Position numbers and translations under genes: made by a program
Source of the DNA: Terrimicrobiaceae bacterium
GTDB lineage: Bacteria; Verrucomicrobiota; Verrucomicrobiia; Chthoniobacterales; Terrimicrobiaceae
Assembly: GCA_041752695.1 (NCBI GenBank)
Contig: JBGSVZ010000035.1
Coordinates: forward strand, 1-64,000
Reading direction: 5' to 3'
Length of the DNA stretch: 64,000 nucleotides
Shown: positions 57,319 to 64,000 of the stretch, one piece after another
Layout: each line of letters starts with the position of its first letter
How positions within the stretch are numbered: position 1 is the first letter of the stretch
The notes under the pieces: generated by a model
Seen by the model: the letters and a program-made list of their open reading frames with translations, nothing else
Told to the model about the DNA's origin: nothing
The model's database searches: none

Positions 57319-58391
57319 AAGTTTTCCAGTTCTTCGACGATGGCGCCGAGAAAATCGGCGGCATATTTGCCATTGGCGACGCGGTGGTCGACGGACAAGG
57401 TAAGGTTTACGCGATGTTGAATCGCAAAGGCGGTATCGCTCATAGCGATGACAACGGGGCGGATCTTGCCAGTGGCCAGAATGGCCGACTCAGGCGGATT
57501 TACAATGGCGATGAAGGTCTCGACATTAGAGGCTCCAAGATTCGTGATCGTCATGGCACCCGGCTTCATCACACGGGCCTGAGGATCGCCTCCCCGGAGA
57601 GCGGTCACCCGCGCGCGGAGGGCGCGCGAAATTTCCTCGACGCTTTGTTCACCGGGAGACTCCATGGGCACCACGTAAAGGTCGCCAGCGATATCTGCGG
57701 CTACGCCGATGGTCTCTGTCGTTTGGAGGACCAACTGATCATCCTCAAACCGATACGCCATCATCGGAAATCGATGGATGGCGGCATGCACGGCCTTCAC
57801 AAAAAACGCGTCCCAAGCGAGTTTTTCCGGAAGCGCCGCGCTGCGCCGGGCCATCATCGGTTCTGCATTGGCGGAGGTTTGCAGGTAAAAATGCGGGATG
57901 GTCTGTTTGCTTTGTTGCAGCCGCCGCGCAGCCGTCCTACGGGCGATGCTTAGCGGCATCAATTGTCCGGGAGCCGAAAAGGCGACGGGGGGATCGGCCG
58001 GGCTGACCCGATCTTGGGGAAGCGCGGCTTCGGCGTGGACCGCCGCTGCGCGATTGCGCGCGAAAAATCCGCCTGCTTTCTTCGGAGGCTGGGGAGCAGC
58101 CTCGGACAAGACCATCGGCGGCTCCGCCGTAATTGGTTTGGCGGCTTTTGTCCCGGCAGCCTCGATGACTGCGATCACCGTGCCGGCGTCCACGGAGTCA
58201 CCTTCCAAAACAAGGGCTTTCGTGAATACACCAGCAGAAGTCCCCTCGACTTCCATGGTGGCTTTATCAGTCTCGACCTCAAGGAGGAATTGGCCGCGGG
58301 TCACGGCTTGGCCAGGCTGCACCAGCCAACGTACGATTTTGACCGAACCGCCGGTCGTGGCTAGGTCGGGCATTTTAAATTCATGAAGCAT
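57315..58391 (-). CDS. Dihydrolipoamide acyltransferase (E2)
   Basis: Lipoyl domain (EVETDKATME) and catalytic domain (TITNLG, LSVDHRVANG). Confidence 0.9.
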   Translation of the reverse strand: MLHEFKMPDLATTGGSVKIVRWLVQPGQAVTRGQFLLEVETDKATMEVEGTSAGVFTKALVLEGDSVDAGTVIAVIEAAGTKAAKPITAEPPMVLSEAAPQPPKKAGGFFARNRAAAVHAEAALPQDRVSPADPPVAFSAPGQLMPLSIARRTAARRLQQSKQTIPHFYLQTSANAEPMMARRSAALPEKLAWDAFFVKAVHAAIHRFPMMAYRFEDDQLVLQTTETIGVAADIAGDLYVVPMESPGEQSVEEISRALRARVTALRGGDPQARVMKPGAMTITNLGASNVETFIAIVNPPESAILATGKIRPVVIAMSDTAFAIQHRVNLTLSVDHRVANGKYAADFLGAIVEELENL

Positions 58392-58410
58392 AAAAATTTC
58401 GAGTTCGATT

Positions 58411-59397
58411 TTACGTTAAGACTCTGTGGGCTACGTCGAGAGTGTGGCTGGTCAGGTAAGCTTCCGCCGCATCGGCGCCGATCACTCCATCCGTGGTGCC
58501 GATGGCTTGCGTGGCTGAGGTCCCGATGGCACTGGCATACCGAAGCAATGCGGGCACGTCTCGTCCAAGCAGGATGCTGGCAATTACGCCACTGGTGAAT
58601 GCGTCGCCTGCGCCGGAAGGATCAACGCATGCTTCGTTATAGCTTGAGCTCCGCCACATTTCTTTCCCCCGCCCGGCGACCACGCCCCTCTCACCTTGGG
58701 TGATGATGACCGTGCCAACTCCCGCCTTCAAAAATGTAGTCACCTGATCCTCAACACATTCCGAACCAGTCAATGCACAGGCCTCATCGTCATTCGGCAA
58801 GAAATAGTCAGTCACCTTCAAGAGAGGGGCCCAGGTGCTGAGTTCCGGCGCGGCCATCCCACTTGGGATGACAACATCGAGCACAGTTCTCACCCCTTGC
58901 TCCCGGCAAAAAACAAATACTTCCGTGAGAGCGTCCACCTGGATCGCGGGCAAGGCAAATAAACCCCCAAAATAGAAAACGTCCAGAGAAGCCAGCCATT
59001 CACGATTTAAATCCGAAGCCGCAAACCCCGCGTTGGCTCCGAACAGATGGATGTAGCGCCGGTCTTCGCCGGCTATCAATAAAATGATGGTCCGACTCGT
59101 GGGAAATGTCGGTGAGACAAGCAGCCGGGTGGCACTGATCCCATACGCCTCCAAGGCGCTGACCAGCCCACGACCAGCGGAATCATCCCCGACGCAACCG
59201 GCGAGCTCCACCGAGACTCCTTGTTTAACCAAATCGATTGCGACATTCGCCGCACATCCACCCGCCTTGGTGGGCATCGAGTCCAAGGCCACCAACATAC
59301 CTTCCGGCGGCATTTGCGAGAGCGGCCCGCAAAATGTATCTTCCACCAGAATGCCCGCGCATCCGACTTTCTGCCCGAAACGATTCTTTACGCTCAT
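58411..59397 (-). CDS. PfkB family carbohydrate kinase
   Basis: GGCAANVA, PNDDEA and DPSGAGDAF. ATG at 59397 is coupled to the upstream stop. Confidence 0.92.
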   Translation of the reverse strand: MSVKNRFGQKVGCAGILVEDTFCGPLSQMPPEGMLVALDSMPTKAGGCAANVAIDLVKQGVSVELAGCVGDDSAGRGLVSALEAYGISATRLLVSPTFPTSRTIILLIAGEDRRYIHLFGANAGFAASDLNREWLASLDVFYFGGLFALPAIQVDALTEVFVFCREQGVRTVLDVVIPSGMAAPELSTWAPLLKVTDYFLPNDDEACALTGSECVEDQVTTFLKAGVGTVIITQGERGVVAGRGKEMWRSSSYNEACVDPSGAGDAFTSGVIASILLGRDVPALLRYASAIGTSATQAIGTTDGVIGADAAEAYLTSHTLDVAHRVLT

Positions 59398-60293
59398 GAC
59401 CATGCCCGACCGCAGCAGCCCAGCCGATCGATCCGGTCAAGCACGGCGTCTCGCACCGCCAACCGCCCGGCCACGAGAATATCACGCTCGCCCCCGAGAC
59501 CGAGCAAATCATGCGGATTGAGCTCCTTATCACCCAGCCGTTGGCTCACCGCCTCGAGATACCATTGCTTGAGATAGGTGCCGTAATTGACCTTGGCCAC
59601 GCCAAGCGAAATCGCCGCCTGGAGTGATTCCGAATCGATACCCGTCCCGCCATGCAATACCAATGGCACCTGCGGAATGCGACGACGGATCGCTTCCAGC
59701 CGGGGGAGGTCGAGCGCCTGCTCACCATCGACCATGATGTGAACATTTCCCACGCTCACCGCGAGAAGATCGACACCAGTCTCCGCCACAAAACTCGCGG
59801 CCGCGTCGGGATCAGTCGGCTGCGTATGGTGCGCAAGTACCATGCCGCTAGCTCCGCAAGGCAATTCGCCGAGTTCCGCCTCGACGGCTACACCAAGGGG
59901 ATGGGCATGCTCCACCACCGCACGCACCCGCTTTATATATTCGGCCGCGGGCGCTTCCGGGTCCGCAAGCATCACTAGGTTAAAGCCCAGGCCGCAAGCA
60001 TCTTTAACCCATTCATCGCGCGGGCACTCATTAAAGATCAATCCGCAGGGCACCGAAGCCCGCTCCGCTGCGATCCGCCCCAATGCCCCAAACCATTCCA
60101 AACGCTCCGCCGCCAGCCGATCCCCGCGGCTCAGAAAATCCCCGTTGAATCCGATGATAATGGGAGAACGTGTTTTCTCCGCCGCATCGATTACACCGGC
60201 AAGTGACTCAAAGTTCCAGCTTTCAAAATAACCCAGGGCATAGCCTTCGCTTTGGGCATGAGTGAGGAGTTGGGAAATCGGAACGAGAGACAT
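59394..60293 (-). CDS. Class II fructose/tagatose-bisphosphate aldolase family protein (atypical)
   Basis: VEAELG, TGVDLLAVSVGNVH, PLVLHGGTG and KVNYGT. The canonical HLDH motif is replaced by IFNE. Confidence 0.88.
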   Translation of the reverse strand: MSLVPISQLLTHAQSEGYALGYFESWNFESLAGVIDAAEKTRSPIIIGFNGDFLSRGDRLAAERLEWFGALGRIAAERASVPCGLIFNECPRDEWVKDACGLGFNLVMLADPEAPAAEYIKRVRAVVEHAHPLGVAVEAELGELPCGASGMVLAHHTQPTDPDAAASFVAETGVDLLAVSVGNVHIMVDGEQALDLPRLEAIRRRIPQVPLVLHGGTGIDSESLQAAISLGVAKVNYGTYLKQWYLEAVSQRLGDKELNPHDLLGLGGERDILVAGRLAVRDAVLDRIDRLGCCGRAWS

Positions 60294-60299
60294 AAATTG

Positions 60300-61109
60300 T
60301 TATTTTTTTTCTTTAGCGTTTTTAGCGCCGCACGACTTGAGTTCGGCAACGATTACTCGAATGCCGCGGCGCTCAAGGGAGCGAAGGTCTTTCAAAGCTG
60401 TTCTCGAGTCGGTGATCACGCAATGGATCGCCGACAAGTCGAGGACTTTACGGAGCGCGCGCAACCCAAACTTCGTGTGATCAGCCAACAATACGACCCT
60501 CTTGGATCGGCGGGCCACAACCTGTTTGACGCGAAAATTTTCCAATGAAGACTCGTAGGTACCTTCATCCAAAACGAAACCTTTAGTTGAGAGGAGCGCT
60601 ATATCGTAATAATAGCTACCAGCGTTTTCCTCTGTCATCAGGCCCGTAAAAGCCGCACTTTCCGCACAGAGATCGCCGCCCAGCATCGTGACACGGTTTT
60701 TCCCACTGGCCGCAAGCTCCCCACAGACTAGCAAGGAATTGGTAATCATGTTACTACCTTCAATGCTTTGCGACAGCACTTTGGCCGTTTCGATCACCGT
60801 CGTGCCCGCGTCCAGAAAGATGCTTTGCGCGTTGGCCAGAAGCTTTGGAACTTCCAAGGCGATGGCTCGCTTCTCTTCCCGGCACTCTCGGAGACGGGCA
60901 TGAATGTCGGACTCATAAAGAGACGACTTCGGTGCCATTTGACGGGTCGCGCCACCCAAACTTTTAAGCACCAGACCCTTCTTGGCCAGCATCTCGACAT
61001 CCCTTCGCACCGTCATGGTGGAGGTCTCGATTAGAGCACTCAACGCTTCGTACGTTGCATATTCATGCACGTCGAGAAAATCGAGAATCGCCTGCTGACG
61101 AAGAACCAT
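60300..61109 (-). CDS. DeoR/GlpR family transcriptional regulator
   Basis: RQQAIL…STMTVRRDV, EKRAIA, IFLDAGTT and LLADHTKF. Start may be 61109 or 61172. Confidence 0.93.
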   Translation of the reverse strand: MVLRQQAILDFLDVHEYATYEALSALIETSTMTVRRDVEMLAKKGLVLKSLGGATRQMAPKSSLYESDIHARLRECREEKRAIALEVPKLLANAQSIFLDAGTTVIETAKVLSQSIEGSNMITNSLLVCGELAASGKNRVTMLGGDLCAESAAFTGLMTEENAGSYYYDIALLSTKGFVLDEGTYESSLENFRVKQVVARRSKRVVLLADHTKFGLRALRKVLDLSAIHCVITDSRTALKDLRSLERRGIRVIVAELKSCGAKNAKEKK

Positions 61110-61231
61110 ACTCGAACGAGTCTCATCATTTTGTTGTGATTTTACAACGGTTTTTTTGGTATTTTTTAACATTTGTCTCGACTTAGCGGTTATTTTCTCA
61201 CATTGAACAGACAGTAAAATATCCTTCCCCT

Positions 61232-62650
61232 GTGAAAAAAAAAGCAATTGCCGTCATAGTTGGTAACCGTGGTTTTTTTGACGACCGCGTCGTCGAAAAA
61301 GGCCGGCGACTCGTCCTCGATGCCCTCCACGAACTCGGAATTGAGACCGTAATCCTCGAAGAAGGTGTCACCAAAATGGGGGCCGTTGAGACATGGGACG
61401 ATGCAATCAAATGTGCCGAATTCTTCCGTCAGCATCGCGAGCGCATCGCAGGAATTCTTATCACGCTGCCCAATTTCGGAGATGAAAAAGGAATTGCCGA
61501 TACGATACGCCTTTCGGGCCTTGATGTGCCCATCTTAGTCCACGCCTGCCCCGACGATCTCGCCGTTTTTTCCGCACTGGCCGGACGGCGTGATGCCTTT
61601 TGCGGCAAATTTTCCGTCTGTGATGTGCTGCAGCAATACGGCTATCGCTACAGCCTCACCTCCACCCATGTGATGGATCCCTCCAGTCCAGCCTTCCGCA
61701 CAGAACTGGTAAAATTTTCCGCGGTTTGTCGCGTTGTCTCCGGCCTGCGTGGAGCCCGGATAGGAGCGGTCGGCGCGCGACCCGACAGCTTCAAGACGGT
61801 GCGCTATAGCGAAAAACTCTTCGAGCGCAGCGGCATCAGCGTCTCCACCCTCGACATGTCGCAGATTTTTGATCCAGCCCGCAAGCTGACGGACAACGAT
61901 CCGCGGGTCACCTCGCGAGTCTCCGCGATCAGCGACTATGTCCCCTGCCAGTGCGCACCGAAGCCTTCACTAATCCTGATGGCGAAAATGAGTGTCATTC
62001 TGGAGGAGTGGATGGAGGCCAATGCGATCGACGCCACTGCCCTCCAATGCTGGAGCTCCATTCAGGAAAATTACGGAATCAACTCCTGCACTCTGATGAG
62101 CATGATGAGCGACCGGCTACTGCCCAGCGCGTGTGAGGTGGATATTTCCGGAGTCGTGACCATGCTGGCCCTGCAACTTGCATCCGGTCGCCCATCGGCA
62201 TTGGTGGATTGGAATAACAACTACGCCGACGATCCTGATAAGTGCGTATTCTACCACTGCGGCAATTGGGCCAAGAGCCTTCTGGCCAAACCGGAAATGG
62301 TCTCCGCTGAGATCCTCGGTGCGGCCTTCGGCTCCGAAAATTCCTGGGGTGCCCTTGACGGTCGCACTGCCGCCGGACCCTTCACTTACGCGCGCGTCGA
62401 TACGGACGACTTGAATGGCGAGATCAAGGCCTTCTGCGGAAACGGGATGCTGACAGACGATCCTCTTACGGAGATGTCTGGGACAAAAGCCGTGGCGCAC
62501 ATCCCGAACCTACAGTCCCTGTTTCAAAGAATTTGCCGACGTGGGTTCGCTCATCATGCCGCCATAACGACCGGCCACATCAGCGAGGCCCTAAATGAGG
62601 CATGGGGGACGTACTTGGGTTGGAATTCTTTCGAACATTTAAAAGATTAA
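61232..62650 (+). CDS. L-fucose/L-arabinose isomerase family protein
   Basis: LPNFGDE, RRDAFCGK, ALQCW, ACEVD, YHCGN and GFAHH. Confidence 0.9.
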   Translation: MKKKAIAVIVGNRGFFDDRVVEKGRRLVLDALHELGIETVILEEGVTKMGAVETWDDAIKCAEFFRQHRERIAGILITLPNFGDEKGIADTIRLSGLDVPILVHACPDDLAVFSALAGRRDAFCGKFSVCDVLQQYGYRYSLTSTHVMDPSSPAFRTELVKFSAVCRVVSGLRGARIGAVGARPDSFKTVRYSEKLFERSGISVSTLDMSQIFDPARKLTDNDPRVTSRVSAISDYVPCQCAPKPSLILMAKMSVILEEWMEANAIDATALQCWSSIQENYGINSCTLMSMMSDRLLPSACEVDISGVVTMLALQLASGRPSALVDWNNNYADDPDKCVFYHCGNWAKSLLAKPEMVSAEILGAAFGSENSWGALDGRTAAGPFTYARVDTDDLNGEIKAFCGNGMLTDDPLTEMSGTKAVAHIPNLQSLFQRICRRGFAHHAAITTGHISEALNEAWGTYLGWNSFEHLKD

Positions 62651-62656
62651 TCCCTC

Positions 62657-63589
62657 ATGATCAAATTACTCGTTACATCGAGCGTGCTAGCGATAGCTTT
62701 TTGCCTCCCGGCCTCCGGCGCATCGGAATACTTGGGATGGACAGTCGGAAAGCCTTACCATTTTGCCGATAAAGGCGCTCCGGGGGGAGAGGCCGGGCAG
62801 GTTGCTTTCGCCACCCCCGGACTCCCCGTAGTGCCACCACAAGCTCTCGGAAAACGCATCGGAGACTACTGGATCGAGATCTCCTGGTGCGCCGATTCGA
62901 CGCACGGGACTGAGGTTGCTTATGCCATCAATGATCAAGCCCCGACCGTGATCGATCAAAAGCAATTTTCGGTTGAAAACGAGGGCCCGCCCAGCGGGGC
63001 TTGGTCAGGATTCAGGGCTCTCGGGAGCTTTGAGCTCAAAGAGGAAAGCGTCCTGAATGTGAGTTCCAAAAGCACCGTTAATTTCCTCGCGGGCAGCCGA
63101 CTCTCGAAACTCGGCGGCATTTTAATAGAACCTTCCGCCATATATCGGAATGGCGATATCGGAAAGTCTCCGACGGACCTTTCTTCGCCGGGGGAGGAAT
63201 CATACTACATTTATATCGTCGGATTGGAACCGGGATATTATGACTTAAATTCCGCCAATCTGACCCCTGGCACTTACAAGGTGGAAATTTCATGGGGCAT
63301 TGACGGCCCGGCCATCGGTGAAGTCCAAGTATCTACCTGGACATATGATCCGGGCACCGCGGGCGGTGAAGTCGTGACCGCAAGCGTTAATAACGGCCAA
63401 TTCAGCGATGGAACGGAAGTCACTGGCGAAATGTCCGGCGAAAATAACAATCGCCAATGGTCGGGCTTTTATGATTTAGGCACCGTCCAGTGGAATCCTA
63501 CCAGCACCCTTTCGTTCAGCTCAGGAAAAAATTTGGTCGGAACCGGCGCCGTCATCCAGTTTACCCCGGTCGAAAACACATTGAAATAA
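62657..63589 (+). CDS. Secreted hypothetical protein with an internal domain duplication
   Basis: Signal peptide and two copies of G.Y..EISW..D…QFS…WSGF..LG. Confidence 0.75.
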   Translation: MIKLLVTSSVLAIAFCLPASGASEYLGWTVGKPYHFADKGAPGGEAGQVAFATPGLPVVPPQALGKRIGDYWIEISWCADSTHGTEVAYAINDQAPTVIDQKQFSVENEGPPSGAWSGFRALGSFELKEESVLNVSSKSTVNFLAGSRLSKLGGILIEPSAIYRNGDIGKSPTDLSSPGEESYYIYIVGLEPGYYDLNSANLTPGTYKVEISWGIDGPAIGEVQVSTWTYDPGTAGGEVVTASVNNGQFSDGTEVTGEMSGENNNRQWSGFYDLGTVQWNPTSTLSFSSGKNLVGTGAVIQFTPVENTLK

Positions 63590-63635
63590 TTACCAAAATC
63601 TTGAAGACGAGCTTCGTTTCTTCACCCCCTTCCCC

Positions 63636-64000
63636 ATGAACATCCGCCCCCTGCTTGTCGTTACCTCTCTTCTTTTGAGCGTTCTCATCGGATGGGTGAT
63701 ATCCCGCCAAGGCCACGCTAATAGTGCATCCGGTCCGAAACGAATTCTGATCGGGTTGTCGATGGATACTTTGAAAGAAGCTCGCTGGCAGGCCGATCGC
63801 GACTTTTTCACGCAAAAAGCCACCGAACTCGGTGCCGAGGTGCTCGTGCAATCGGCGAACAGCGACGACACGCGGCAGATGCAGGATGTCCAAGCTCTGA
63901 TCAGCCGGAAAGTCGATGTCCTCGTCATCATTCCGCATAACGGCGCGGCTATGGCCAAAGCGGTTGAATTGGCTCACGAAGCAGGGATTCCCGTAATTGC
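63636..64000 (+). CDS. xylF: D-xylose-type sugar ABC transporter substrate-binding protein (5' part only)
   Basis: Not in the ORF track. Manual translation gives MNIRPLL…IGLSMDTLKEARWQADRDFF…VQSANSDDTRQ…VDVLVIIPHNG…AHEAGIPVI. Confidence 0.85.
   Translation, partial: MNIRPLLVVTSLLLSVLIGWVISRQGHANSASGPKRILIGLSMDTLKEARWQADRDFFTQKATELGAEVLVQSANSDDTRQMQDVQALISRKVDVLVIIPHNGAAMAKAVELAHEAGIPVI

Noticed and set aside
55290..58391. Calling these genes housekeeping pdhABC or acoABC
   Set aside because: The substrate cannot be assigned from motifs, and the context and E2 architecture are atypical, so no gene symbols were given.
61235..61243. A9 run at the isomerase start as a phase-variation tract
   Set aside because: It simply encodes N-terminal KKK, which is common at gene starts.

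Overview
This 64-kb window looks like a large glycan and sugar utilisation region from a member of the Verrucomicrobiota, probably Spartobacteria-like; that is inferred from a PEP-CTERM protein and a complete Verru_Chthon pilin-like cassette. It encodes three tandem ~700-aa secreted paralogs of unknown function, three GH38-type mannosidases, two GxGYxYP-family proteins, GH2- and GH42-like hydrolases, a sulfatase and a PhyH-type dioxygenase. It also has SSS, MFS and ABC sugar transporters and AraC, XRE-cupin and DeoR regulators. An unusual catabolic operon (atypical class II aldolase, PfkB kinase, E2-E1alpha-E1beta without E3, aldolase/SDR fusion) lies divergent from a fucose/arabinose-isomerase-family gene. 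Reading the DNA directly shows (i) an exact 14-bp LacI-type operator in four copies, placing the Verru_Chthon cassette in an apparent regulon with putative glycan-degrading genes, and (ii) AraC-type TGACA direct repeats with 21-bp spacing. It also shows (iii) a MITE-like element, an IS3 relic and several gene relics. I saw no rRNA, tRNA or CRISPR array. All calls come from motif recognition by eye, without database searches.
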